Positions 1-13,749 of a stretch of DNA of 64,000 bases are shown here, one piece after another. A model generated the notes under the pieces. The model was not told the origin of the DNA, searched no databases, and worked only from the letters and a program-made list of their open reading frames with translations. The stretch's first letter is position 1, and each line of letters starts with the position of its first letter. This DNA is from Octopus sinensis. Its lineage: Eukaryota. Location of the stretch: contig NC_043002.1 of NCBI RefSeq assembly GCF_006345805.1, positions 47,492,001 through 47,556,000 of the forward strand, given 5' to 3'. Both the position numbers and the translations under genes were made by a program.

Positions 1-111
1 TTATATTCGGTTTATATTAATATATTTTTTAAACCTTCAGGTTCAAAATGAAAATCAGTTTTCTTGTCCAGGGTAAAAAGCTAACTCAGTTGATTAATGT
101 TTCTGAGATAA

Positions 112-270
112 TCTCTATATATAAAGATGAGAATGTGTGTCTGTCTGTGTCTGTGTGAATCCATAAAACTCGAGAACTACCCAACCAATTTCATTTAAAT
201 TTTACACATGCCTTATTTACAGTCCATGCAATGTCGTGGGCCAAAACTATTTTCAACTTCTTGCCTAGTG
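112..270 (+). mobile_element. Probable Helitron-like 5' end (TC-TATATATAAAG...GTGTGTCTGTCTGTG)
   Basis: Begins A|TC and resembles the 5' end of the complete element at 42095-42486; no CTRR 3' end found. Confidence 0.45.
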
Positions 271-504
271 AGAGCCCACAGCAATCTCTTATCTCTTACA
301 CTATTTCAGTATTACAAGTCAAAAATGAAACAATATCTTTCTATTGCAATGTGAGATACTTTCAGTTTAATACTTTCACTATTATAATGAAACTATTACC
401 TCACATATATATATATGCATACATACATATTTGTCATAAACACTCTACCACTACTACTAATACCTGTTGGGAACCCTTTCAGACCAGCCTTACATTCAAA
501 CCAG

Positions 505-937
505 AATCTCAAAAACATTGTTCCCTTACATCTCATTCTCATTTCATTACCACGACAGGCAAATAAAACTTACTTCTCACGATGAGACAATGGAAGATGG
601 GAACAGACATTAACAATATACTACTTTGTCAAGTGAAATATATTGTCATCCGCTTCAGCTCTAACCTTCCTAGCCTACAGAGAGTTCAAACAAGCCCACA
701 CGACTATAGCACCACTGAACTGCAATCTCAAAAACATAGTCCCCTTACATCTCATTCTCATTTCATTTCAAACACAGGGAAATAAAACTTACTTCTTATT
801 ACGGGACAATGGAAGATGGTAACAGATATTAACCACATGCAATCTTCTCAAGTGAAATATATTGTCATCCGCTTCAGCTCTAACCTTCCTAGCATACGGA
901 GACTTCAAACAATGCCACACCACTATAGCACCACTGA
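505..937. repeat. Tandem duplication of a ~219-bp unit (two copies)
   Basis: aatctcaaaaacat starts at 505 and 724; long shared blocks such as caagtgaaatatattgtcatccgcttcagctctaaccttcctagc. Confidence 0.9.
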
Positions 938-1223
938 TATCTTCATCCTTCTAGCTGTCTGTTTTATAAATATAACAGAATTCATTTCCAGGCAAATAAC
1001 ATTCAGAACACAATTCATAATCACTGTCTCCTTTCCTCTTACCATTTCTCTCATACAGTTACTCAACCTACTCAAAAAAGCAATCAAATCTCCCTCACTG
1101 GACATCAAACCATCAGACAATGTAGTTCTAAGTATACAAAAAAGATAATTGGATGGTCATGGTTGAAATGCCTTTGATTTATAATAAACAGATGTCAGAT
1201 TGGATATGAAATGAAAATGGTAC

Positions 1224-1346
1224 CAAGACAATTCTTTTTGTCCATAGTTTGAATGAAGCCGGTTTTGCAGACACAGATGCCTAGTACGCATCGACTATTT
1301 GGTACATCACAATCACTTTCACTGGGACACAAGTCATCGATTCTGC
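1224..1346 (-). CDS. AGRN: Agrin exon N (123 nt, phase 1-1): [46 protein letters not shown]-like 6-Cys module
   Basis: Acceptor atctttgcag, weaker donor GTACCA; open and in phase; not in the ORF track. Confidence 0.8.
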
Positions 1347-4300
1347 CTGCAAAGATAAATTTGCCATTTTAAAATAACATAAAGAACAAAACTGATTTTT
1401 AATTATATTGTTTCAAATAATAATGAACAAGAAGTTATAATAATATTAATTTGAAATTTTGGCACAAGGCCAGAAATTTAGGGGGAAGGAATAAGTTGAT
1501 TACGTTGACCCCAGTGATCAATTGGAACTTATTTTATTGACCCTGATAGGATGAAAGGCAAAGTTGACCATGTTAGAATTTGAACTCAGAATGTAATGAT
1601 AGATGAAATGCTGCTAAGCATTTTACCTGGCATGTTAATGATTCTGCCAGCTCACTGCCTAATAAGAAGTACTATATTAACATTTCCCATCCTTGGTGTG
1701 TGACTTAAGTTTAATTCTGTCATAATATCAAAGCCATTCAAATACAAATACTATATTTTCATGCATACAAATCAAATTATATAGATGAAAATTTACAGCC
1801 AAAAAGAAGTAGGCCAACTTATAAGCTATTATGACTTTGGAGGACTAAAAATTTCCATGTGAAATACAGCAGGAATAGGAAAGGTAGTGACAATTTTTGA
1901 ATGTTTACACTATATACTATATTGATTTGGGAGACAGAAAATGCACTATACAAACACCTAGAAAATCATTACACTTTACACTTTAGTAAAGTATGAATCT
2001 CAATTTGAAATGAGTAGAAGTCATATTATTTATTGAGTGTGTCTTAAAATTCCATTGCCTTCATAATTTTTTTATATTTCATTTATCTATTTTTGCAGAG
2101 TACCAGTTTCATGACTATGTGGTTTTGAGTTTGATTCCACTGCATGCCACTTTAGGAAAGCAAATTCTACCATAGTGTCAGCTTACACTTGTAGCAAGGG
2201 CCATAAAGGCTAAAAGGAAAAGGGCAGAGTGATGTTCCCTTATTCTGTTGTTGGTAGGTGGTGCTGTGATGACACTTCCGCTAGGGAGGTATAAAAATGC
2301 TAGAGGGACAGCAAACTTTCTCTTTTTTTTGCCGGTCTCACTCCTGGGCAGTTTGACTAGTCAACTGACACAGCCAGCTAGGACTGCTAGCTTGCTTTGC
2401 CTTTGGCCATTACTGCTACCGCGTAATGTAACAGGGGCATTTCTTACTTTCTACTTTTTCAGGGTCAATCTATAACTTTTATTTATTCACATCCACTTTT
2501 GTATGAACACTCTTATAAAAACTTGTTTAGCTTTGATTTGATATTGTTTGTCACACCAGTACACACACCTTAACACAAACAAGAACACCAGATTCACGTT
2601 TACTCTTCACTAAAAGCTTTTGAGTGAAATTTAGTTGACAGAAACTATGTGAACACCTAGTGTGTGTGCATGTGTGTGTGTGTTTATATTTGTGAGGGGT
2701 AGATAGATGGCAGAGAGATTACTGAGTGTAGTTACATCTTTGAGTGTGCGAACCATTATGCTTGAGCAGAAATCCCTTGCAGGATTTATCTCCCTTCATG
2801 CCAGTATTTACTTTGCCTTTCGTATCTGATGTGAATGTCAAAATAACTGCCTCACAAAGCACTGGATTAAAAAAAAAAAAGGTAACTAAAACTCTTGAAG
2901 GCAATGCCCCAACATAACCCTAGTCTAATGATGGAAAGAATAACAGGGTTACTCATTTTTGCCAGCTGAGAGGACTGGAGCAACATGAAGTGAAGTGTTT
3001 TGCTCAAGAACATGTGTTGCCTGGTCCAGGAATAGAAACCACAGGCTTACAGTCATGAGTTCAACATTCTAACCACTTGCCTCCATTCAACTGAGATTAT
3101 GAATATTATCCAACCATCTTGCTCAAGGCCTACCCCTAGGGATCTTGTTAGTTAGCTCAGTTTGAAGAATCTGTCTTGTGATTATTTCCTGTGACATTCT
3201 AATCACATGTCTGAAATACCAGAACTGTGACCTCTCAATGTGGAGAAGTAGTAGTTTGACCTAGAAAGACACCCTGATCCCCAAGCTATGTAGCCTGTTG
3301 AGTAATGTTACCCCACTGATCCTTTGGAGGAACTCAATTTTGGCTGCTTGTATTCACAATTATACTGTTTTGGCCATTACCCAACATTCACAATGATAGG
3401 TGAGGATAGGCATGAAAACCAAATTGAAGATGGATGGATGAAAGTCAAAGCTGATGTTAGCAAAATTTGAACTCAGAATGTAAAGAGCCACAAATATCAC
3501 AGGCAGTTTGTCTAATGCCCAAACAAGACTGCCAATTTATTCCATCAGTAAAATTGTATTCTCAATTGAAACTGGTTTGTTGTTATTTCAATTACCTTGT
3601 AGAACCCCATCCCACAAAAAAAACCCAATTAATGATAAAATATAAAATAAAAACGGTATATTATAATTCTTATTTCCCTTCTGTTATTATTGTCAAGTTT
3701 CTTGTTATTAATAATACATTATTAAGGTAGTGAGCTGGCAGAATTGTTAACACATCAGACAAATTGCTTAATTACTTCTTCCACCTCATTACATTCTGAG
3801 TTCAAATTCCATCAAGGTTGACTTTGTCTTCATCTTTTTGGGATTAGTAAAAAAAGCATCAGTTGAGTAGTGAAGTCAATATAATTTATTAACCCCTTCC
3901 TTCCCTGAAACTGGCTAAAATTAGAAATAATTAATAAAGCATTATTTGAGGAGGAATAAATAAATCCATGGGAGGTGACAGGGAAAAATTACTTACCAAC
4001 GACTTCTGGAGGCCTTTCTGTAGCCTTCGTTAAAATGATTTTCGTTACTTCGTTACTAACATGGTTGATGTGCCTGGTTGTCTTTCTTGATCTTGTTGTG
4101 GGAGTAGGAGAGGTTACCATTCTTGATTCCGTTGAGACTACTAAGTAGAAAGGGTATACTGCATAAGAATACATTTTTCCCTATTTCTCTTCCCCCTCCT
4201 CCTCACATAAGTTGTCATTTTCCTCCTCCCATTACTGCTAATAAGTCTTTTAGGGAAAGTTACTCCATTATAGATGAGTGTAATATTGAAGTTAAAATTT

Positions 4301-6026
4301 CTTTCTCATCTCCACTCATAAATTTAGAATCCAAAACTAAGAACCAGCCTTGTGGATCACAGAATTTATAAAAATATGAATATAAAGAATATAGCTACAA
4401 ATAATCAAGTTTTTTTAATTTTAAAGTCTGAAATAAAAAATTGAGTTAAAAAAGAAAATCATGAACTTAGTTTTAAAATTTTCTATTAAGGTTTTTTTTT
4501 AGTACTCCCCACCTTTTGCTGTATATACTTTTCTCCACTGCTACAAACTATAATAAATTATTTAGGACTTTAAAACAAGTTTGTTTTTTCAAAATAAATT
4601 TTTCAAAAAAGAATTATCATTAATTTGGAAATTAATTCACACCAATCTATCCCAACATATGAAACAGGCACTAAAAACACTCTTGCAGATTTTATTTCTA
4701 AGTTCAAAAAGTTCCTACATTAGTTCTGTAGCACACCAACAGATGGTAGTACATAGTTGTGTGCACAGTAAGAGCTAGCAGTGACCTTCATGAGGTAGTG
4801 TGCTGAGTGACATTGCTGTGTTTCCTTTGCAAATTGTGAAATTTGTGTTTTTGTGATCACATGTATGCTGTAGTCTGTGATTTTGTTGTGAAAAAGAAGT
4901 TGGAATAAAGATTCAGCATGAAATTTTTCATTAAACTTGGGAAGCCTGCTTCAGAGACATTGAAAATGCTTTGGCAAGCTTACAGTGATGAGGCAATGGG
5001 TTGTATGCGATGTTTCAAGTGGCATGGGCGCTTCAAAAGTGGAAGATTGTACTTGGAAGACAACAAACAATCTGAAAGTCCTGCCATGAGCATCACCCTT
5101 GGAAATAAGGAGAAAATTCATCAGCTTGTGCATGAGAACCATTGGAGGACAATCAATGACATTACTGATGTTGTTGGTCTGTAGTATAGGTCTCTGCAGG
5201 CAATCCTAACATCTGAATTGAACATATACTTTTCTCCACTGCTACTTGTCTCTGCCAAGTTTGTCCCCACTTGCTGACCACTGAGCAGAAAGAACATTGT
5301 GCTGAAGTCTGCCATGATCTCCATCAGTATGCCGCTGATGACCCATCCTTCATGTCGAGGATTATCACTGGTGATGAGAGTTGGTCTATGATCTTGAGAC
5401 AAAGTGGCAGTTGTCACAATGGAAGAGTCCTTCATCTACATGACAGAGGCATGACAGAGCCACAGCTCAATCAAGAGCATACTAATTATTTGTCATGACA
5501 TTCACAGTATTGTGCATTGAGAATTCATCCCCCAGGATCAGACCATCAATCGAGAGCTCTGCTGTGATGTTTTGAAGTGTTTAATGGAAGCCATTTGGCA
5601 AAAGCAACTGGATCTGTGGAGCATGAAGAATTGGATTCTTCACAAAGACAATGTACCCTGTCACTGAGCTCTCTTCACTCATGAATTACTCACCAAAACT
5701 AGTATGGTATCACTTCTGGACCCATCTAATTCATCAGATTTAGCACCTGCAGACTTCCATCCATTCCTCAAGATGAAAGGGGACCTCAAAGGTCACCATT
5801 TTAATACTGTTGTTGAGATCCAGAGTGAATTGCAGAAGGTCTTCAACTGACTTATGGAAAATGTATTCCAGGCTGTATTCCAAAAGCAGCAAGAATGCTG
5901 GGACCAGTGTATTGCTGCTCAAGGTGACTATTATGAAGGAGATGATGTTAAAACTGAGACAAATAAGTTATTTTTTATCAAACACAACTAGTCCAGGAAC
6001 TTGTTGACACTACCCTATGTGTGTGT

Positions 6027-6066
<40 letters not shown>

Positions 6067-8148
6067 TGGCACCTGTGCCAGTGGCATGTGTAAAAAGTTT
6101 CGAGCGAGGTCATTGCCAGTACTGCCAGACTGGCCCCGTGCCGGTGGCACGTAAAAAGCACCCACTACACTCTCGGAGTGGTTGGCGTTAGGAAGGGCAT
6201 CCAGCTGTAGAAACTCTGCCAGATCAAGATTGGAGCCTGATGTGGCCGTCTGGTTCGCCAGCCCTCAGTCAAAGATTGATGTTTTACACTTCATGCAGTA
6301 TGCCAGTCCCAGTCAAAAAGCATTGAGGACTTGAGGTTTCACCATTAGTCACAATGATATACTAAAAATTCATGATAGTATTCTCTACTCAAGTGTGTGC
6401 ACAGGGCTCACTCTTGGTGCAGGGACCAGTTTGAACAAATCTGTCTAATTGGCTTAAAACCAGCCCTGCATAAAACCATAGCTCAAGACTTTAAAAAATA
6501 AATACTGGGGTCGATTTGCTTAACTAAAGCCCTTCAAGGCAGTGCTTCAGCGGGGTAGCAGCCAAACGACTGAAACAAGTAAAAGAATAAAAGTATAAAA
6601 GAATACCAGTATGAGAAAAGGATGATGATGGAGTCTTTATTCAAGGCTTCTGCCATTATGTCACCCTATTCAGAATACTCTGAATATGAGCAAATGATTT
6701 TACCAATACTTTAGTACGGACTTCTGTTATACAACTCATCTGTGAACATAGTTGGTATATGTGATTAATAACTGAAGCAGTTGCATTTATACATTCTCAT
6801 AGGAAAGTTGACACATGAACATAAAAGATATCAATGGTGTTGTTATTGATGATGATTGTGGTAAACTTGATAACATTGGGAATAGTAATATACAGATTAT
6901 ATGACTAAGATAAACAATGATGGAATTATATCTAAATTCTCTTCACTTTAATCTTCGGGAACCAATTTCATTTTCTCAATGATTAGCTTTGTCGTGGTTA
7001 TTTCTCCTCTAACTTAATGATTTTTGCAAAGAATGATTTAGAAATAAAATCTGTACTTACAACTACAAACTCCTTTGTGTTCAATACTGATAGGCTGTTG
7101 TAGACGACAAGAGAATTGTTTGAGTTGACATTCAGAACCATAAGTTTGGTTATCAGAACCACAAACAAGGTCTGGGTAACCAGAACAGTTGATGTCACAT
7201 ACACATTGGTATTGGTTATCGATATGTTTGCATATTGCACCGTATTTACAGTGCAGATATTGGCAAGACTTTGGTGGTATTTCTGTAATATGATATATAA
7301 CATTTAAATGCACAAAACAGACACAGATTACTCTACCTAAAAGATGCTAGTGAAATAAATTCATCATTATAGTCTAAGTTTAGTGAGTTTAATAAAGGTA
7401 ATATAGCTAGATTAGTGATTTCTCTTTGGGGCCAGTAAAAAGAAGATAATGATTACTTTTCAGTTAACCCAGTTCACATAAATTTATGATAGATGATCTC
7501 TGAAAACTGTCCTCAAAAATGTAATTCTTTCACAAAATAGCAATATTGCAGTAATCTGATATTAAACAATAATTATGTTAATTTTCTTCAGTGTAATTTA
7601 CATTGTAAGTAAAAACTGAAACAACTGAATTAATTACTCTACATTACAAAGAAAAACACCTTGATTAGTTTTCATGATTTAAACTTAAAAGCAAGTGCAA
7701 ATTTGAAATTATTGATTTAAACCAGTAAAGCTTTATAAGATATGTTATCTCATATTTGAATAACAAATAAGAGTGAATAATAATACAATTATGAATAGAA
7801 GAGAGTTGTTTGAATCTTGCAGCATTTTTGATAACCATGCATTTTCTATATTACCAAGTTGGTTAAAATAATATTTGACACGAATAACAGTAAGAAAAAA
7901 TTTCCAACTACTAATTTCCATCAAAACCATTTTAGTAAAAAGTCTGTTAAAATATTATTATCTAAAATCAATTGTAAAAGAAATCTCTTAACAACTGAAG
8001 AAAAGCTGAAAAAGAGATATACATAGGAGAAAATCACAATTTCTTCCCCATACATTTTCAAAATGCAAAAGGTTTCTAAAAAGAAAGACATAGTGCTATA
8101 CAATAATTACCAATGACTGGTAATATAATGAACTTCGTGATAACTAAG

Positions 8149-8186
<38 letters not shown>

Positions 8187-11100
8187 ACAATATGAGCATG
8201 CTATGCATCTGTTCCCTTATTCTTTAATTTCAAATTCAAACTTCTAATCCTGCCAAAATACTATGATGAAATGATTGTCTCCCTTTATTAACTGTCTGTT
8301 AGGGGACAGCATGAGTAAAAAAATTATTTTCTCATTAAAGTTTATTTCATTTACCAGTACATCCTTGTGGACCAAGTTGCATCCTGTTTGGACAAACGTT
8401 GCATTTCATGCCAGTGATTCCATTTTTGCACATACAACGTCCACTGTTCTGTTCACAGTCGTCTCTAACTGAGCCATATCTATTACAGTTGCACGCTGAA
8501 AGAAAATAATATAAAAGTTGTGCAAAATATTTTAAATATTGATATGTAAATATAGAATATTAATATTATTACAAAGTTTTAATTTACCAAAGAAACTGAT
8601 CATTCTATAAAAAGATAAATAATAAAAACATTAGTAATTTAATTGAATTTAATTCAAATAAATTTAAAGAATTGAAGCACAATGCATAATTTATGGTTGG
8701 TTTATATATATGTAAGGTATCACTGATCATGTAAGTTTCTTGGAATTGATTATGCTTCCATTCTGAGATCACAGAATATGAAGTAAAAACATTATTGACA
8801 TCCAAGCTGAAGTTTCACTGCATCAATATATATGATCCTTATCGTCATTTAGTGTCGATAGTCCATACTGGCATGTATAAGGCAGTTTGACAGTATCTAA
8901 CAGGTCAGAGGACTATACTGAACTCTGATGTCTGTTTTGGCATGGCTTTTATAACTGAATGCCCCTCCTAATCCCAACCACTATTCAGAGTGTACTGGGT
9001 GCTTTATATTGGCACTGACAACTGAAATAAGGTTTCTATTGCTTCAATATTTGTTTTCCAAGATTAACTGGAATAGACTCAGAGTATTAGTAAAATCGCA
9101 TCATTAATACTGGTCACTGAGAGTTTATTATTTCTTGTTTTATTCAGCAACATTGTTTATGTTTGCTATTGATTCTTACCGAGAGCGCTTTTTTTTCAGT
9201 TTAGTCATGGGAAAAGATCTGTGCTCAAAACATCAAAACATTGGTAAGAGTGATGTGGTTATGGGTTCTCTTGAATAATTGTATGTTTACAACTGCAGGA
9301 AAGAGATGTCAGAGGTAGCAGCAGATACATTATGTGTGACACAAAGAGAGATGTGTGAGTTGGGAAAGTCTGGGGTTAGGTGGCATGAGCCCAGGTATTT
9401 CAAGATTAGAAGCCACTAGAAAAACAGAGTGAGGAGACTGCACGTCTGTAGGCCAGAAGCTGGAGTGTATTGGTGAACAACTTTACACCATCAACAATGT
9501 TCAGTTGCTTCTGAAATCTGAGCAGCATTCTGTATTAGCTTTCTCTTATCAAAGATGCTGTACATGTTGCATTGTTCAGAAACTTAGGAAGATGTGTTTC
9601 TTTTTATTTCTATTGTTTGTTTATAATTGAGTTTAATTCCTGATATAGCAGTAGTTTTGGATATTATTATTGCTCTCAGACAATGTGGACCATTGGAAAG
9701 TTGTTCCCTAAGTAAATGTATTTTGATTAACAATCAGTTTAAGCCTAACTTAAAATAGAAAATTATACTGTGACCTGAATAATTATAGTGTTTTTCTTAA
9801 TTCTATATTTGCCAAAGTTAACAGAAATTGTCATCAATTTATAACAGATAATCTGATTTATAAAATAAACAATAAGGAAGAAATAGTAACTTACGTATAC
9901 AACCCGCACTGCCTTTAACTATAGAGAGAAGTCCCCAGTTACCAGGTTTACACCGGTCACATCTGAGGCCCCCAACGCCTGGTTTACAAACGCACTGTCG
10001 TGTATGGGGATCACAGCTTGTGCCGTATGACCCTAGAGGGTTACATTGACATGAGCCTAAGACAAAAAGAAAAACAATGATGATTAGTTATGAAGAAAAG
10101 ATATTGCAATTTACCTGAAAGCTCTATTAGTTAAATGCTAATAATTTGCCTCATTAGCAAGAGATCCTTTATTAATTCTTTGCGAATCAATTATGACACA
10201 GTTAGTCTAAAGAGTTCTTTGGGTCAGAGAGGTAGGGGTGGGTGGCCTTAAAATTGAGGCAAAATCTAAGTAGACAATTTAACCATAAATTCAAGGGAGT
10301 GTCATGAGGTGAGATGTATTTGGGTTCATATGAGTTTTAGAATTTCATTGTCTAGAGCAAGGGTCAGCAAACTTATGATATCATTGACTCCTTCATATAA
10401 TCACTGATAACTTATTGACCCCATCTTATAAATTTCCAAAATAAAATTAGAAATTAATAAAAATTTCTTTATTTTAAAAACAATAATTCTGTTATTCTTT
10501 TGTGCCTTTACCAATTTTTTAGTAAGAAACATAGAAATCTTATGAAAATACTGAATAAGACTGATAAAGAACAGCAAAAATTTAGTCATATTATATTAAT
10601 AGTCAGAAAGTTTAAAGCAAAATATGTGTTGGGTGAACACTAGATATTGCATCAATATTTGGTTTGAAATACATGAGATTTAGCCTTAAATGACTGCACT
10701 TTTCCAGATTCATTCTGTTTCTCTCTTTCATTGAAAGTGAATATGCATGGCAAAACCCCACTTCAACTATGAATGAGTTTGGAAATGTAAATTAAAAGGG
10801 CTCAGCTGCTGCACTTAGCTTAGGATATTTATTTTCAGTATTATTATTGCACCAATAATCATTAATACTTTTGTCTTTAAATAAGGATTTAGGTTCAAGA
10901 TCCATACACATATCAAATAGCTCATCTTGTAACTGATTCAATGCCCACATTTTTATTTCCAAATCAAACAATTTTTCTAGGTGATTTATGTATATTTCTA
11001 GGTTACTATTTGAAATTTTCCTTTTGTAAGCATTTCTGTACTTTTTAAACTTTGAATATAAAATCTGCCACGTAGGAAAAAACGATCTCTACACATTTTT

Positions 11101-13677
11101 AATTCATCATATAGGGAATAACTACATCCATAAAAAAAACTCAATAATGGTGTCATGCAAACTAAGAGGTCCCTGCAAGAAATCACCTCTTAACAATCAT
11201 CTTTCTTTGGTGTGAAAACAAAATGCTGGTTGAAGGTCTCAACATTTTTTCACCCAACATTGCAAATAATTGTGATTCCAGAGGATGTGCTTTTATTTTA
11301 TTCCCTGGCCTGATAGACACATTTAGAGCAGTTTGTATTTCTCCTCTTACATTCTTAGCTATGCGATGATTTCTGAAATACACAGTGGACAGTATGCACA
11401 TCAGAAACCTCTTTCTTGAACAAGAATGCAAATAGTTTGTCATGACTAACCATTACTGCTGTGCTATCTGTAACCAGTGTACTGATATTCTCAAGAGGAA
11501 CATAAAGCTTATTCAAATAATCCTCTAGGCATCACAAAATTGTCTCTCCTGTTGCACCAGCTTTAAGATAATAAGCAATCAAAAATTCATCAACAATGTA
11601 CTTTAAGATTTGGCTGTTATACTGCAGATAGGCCACAAGTATATTTGAATTACTGAATGTTGACTCATCAAGTCTGATAGAAAACTTGCATTGACCAAAC
11701 TTTGGGGTCAGAGCTTTATCAATGTGTTGACTCACTGTTCTTACACATTTTGAAATAAGCAGATGGCCTTTCTTCATAAGAATTTCAAATATGTCTCTAA
11801 TAGCTGGTATAATAATATCCTTGTCAATGGCATGCAATTTTCCTTTCTTTGCCATCTTAAGAAAGATGATACATGATGCCTTCAAATCTCTTTCATAACC
11901 TTCACAGTTGAGTGTTTTAAAATATGTTAAATTTGACTATTTTATAATATTTTCCTTCAGTACCTGGAAAAATGAGATATTTATTTTTTAAAAATCTGAT
12001 TGAACTCTTTCAAGATGCTTTCATCTCTGTAGACATCATGGTATCATAATTGTAAGTTTTTTTTCACATACCAGGCTCATAAGTATTGTTTAATTGGTAA
12101 ATGATAGTATAAATCCAAATTTTAAATACTCTCATAAATATTGCTAGTACATCTTATTATTATCTGGAGTTGTAAATAAGGGAGCTAAATGTTAAAAAAA
12201 TTCAATTCAAAATTGTCAGACAAAAGAAACTGCTCTACTGTAAATGGGCAAGAAATGTACACTCGTATTGAGCATCTCTATTACATCTTCATGAAAGTGT
12301 GTACTGACTCTCTAATCAATATGTTGATGTTTCATGTTTACTAGATGTATTCCAATAATGTAATATCTGCCAAAGTAATTTGAATTTCCATCTTGTGTGG
12401 ACCTTTCTAAATCAAATGTTATACATGTTGAAAAAACAGTTTGCTACTAATTCAGTCCCCTTAATGCTCAAAATCCTTTCACCTGTTTACTGACCCTTCA
12501 GATAGTTACATAAACCCCAACCAGGGTTCAATATTGACCACTTTGCTAACCCTTGATCTGGAACAACCTGTTTACAGATAAGTGGGCTGCATTACAGAGG
12601 GATAAAGAACTTTGCTAATGAGGCAGCATAACACTGATCAAATAGGACTCATGGATATTTTTTGTCTAGGAGGCCAACAATAACTGATTTACTTTCAGCT
12701 CTCACTAGTGTTAAAAGTATCCAATAAATAGAAAGAGATGAGTAATGGAAAAGTATGATATTATTATTGAAGAACCTAGTCAACTGTGCATTATTTGTTG
12801 AATAGTGCTCTTGTAAATTTGAAGAAAGCAGCTTCGTTGGGAAATAGCATTTCACTGTGTCATTGTGTGAACTCTAACTGTATTGATCTTGTTAATCATA
12901 TAACACCCATACCCAAGATAACTAAGGAAATTTCAAATTCAATAATTAACCAAAGGTATGTTTAATATCTCATAGTGTGAGAGAATAAATGAATAGAGAA
13001 GGGGCAGATAGAAAAAGAAATAATGTGAGGGATGAAGTTAAATGGCATAAGGAGGGAATTACTGACAATGATGTAATAAAAGATGTTCTAGTTGTGACCA
13101 ACTCTGGAATAATGCATCAAAGATGCTATTGTAAAAGCTAAATTAGAAGTTAATAAAAAGATTAGCAGTGATTGCAAAGTCACTTGGTTGGTTAAGGATT
13201 TGGGTTAATGATAAAAGTTACTGAATTTTATATTTCAAGATAGTAAATTGACCAAACACTGTGCAGGTAGACAGAGTCAAATTAAGTGAGTGAAGTAGAG
13301 TTAAAGTCATAAACTTTAAAGAGAAGTGAGGTAAGATAGATGTCCTTGTTAGAGGACTTTGGTGATAGAGAGAAGTAGCAGATAAATTTGTGAAATGAGG
13401 GGAAGAGATTTGTAGCTAAAATAACTGAATGACAGCTGAAAGTAATAAAATAACATTAAATGATTTTCACCAGAATCTACAGAACTATAAGGAAAATTTT
13501 ATAAATGAATCTGATCAAAACATTGTATTTATGTTTAAAAAGGGATTTACAAACCTAACTGCAATTAAACAATTATTCTGAGTAGAGTATATAAATATAT
13601 TTATTAGAGAATGTGTTTCAATATGCCAATGAGTTAAAGAGAATGAGCAAGTGTATAATTATATAAAAAGTATGTTC

Positions 13678-13749
<72 letters not shown>

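Noticed and set aside
923-1120. Minus-strand ORF MSDGLMSSEGDLIAFLSRL...
   Set aside because: No splice signals fitting agrin; faint resemblance to a LINE endonuclease is too weak to call.
2230-2440. Possible solo LTR (TG...CA ends, TATA-like gtataaaa)
   Set aside because: No partner LTR, TSD or PBS/PPT seen.
4010-4030. KATER-P as a neurotrypsin alpha-like cleavage site
   Set aside because: Only the ER dipeptide matches, and Pro at P1' usually blocks trypsin-like cleavage.
12960-13460. Purine-rich stretch, possibly an antisense L2/CR1 relic
   Set aside because: No motif could be read confidently.
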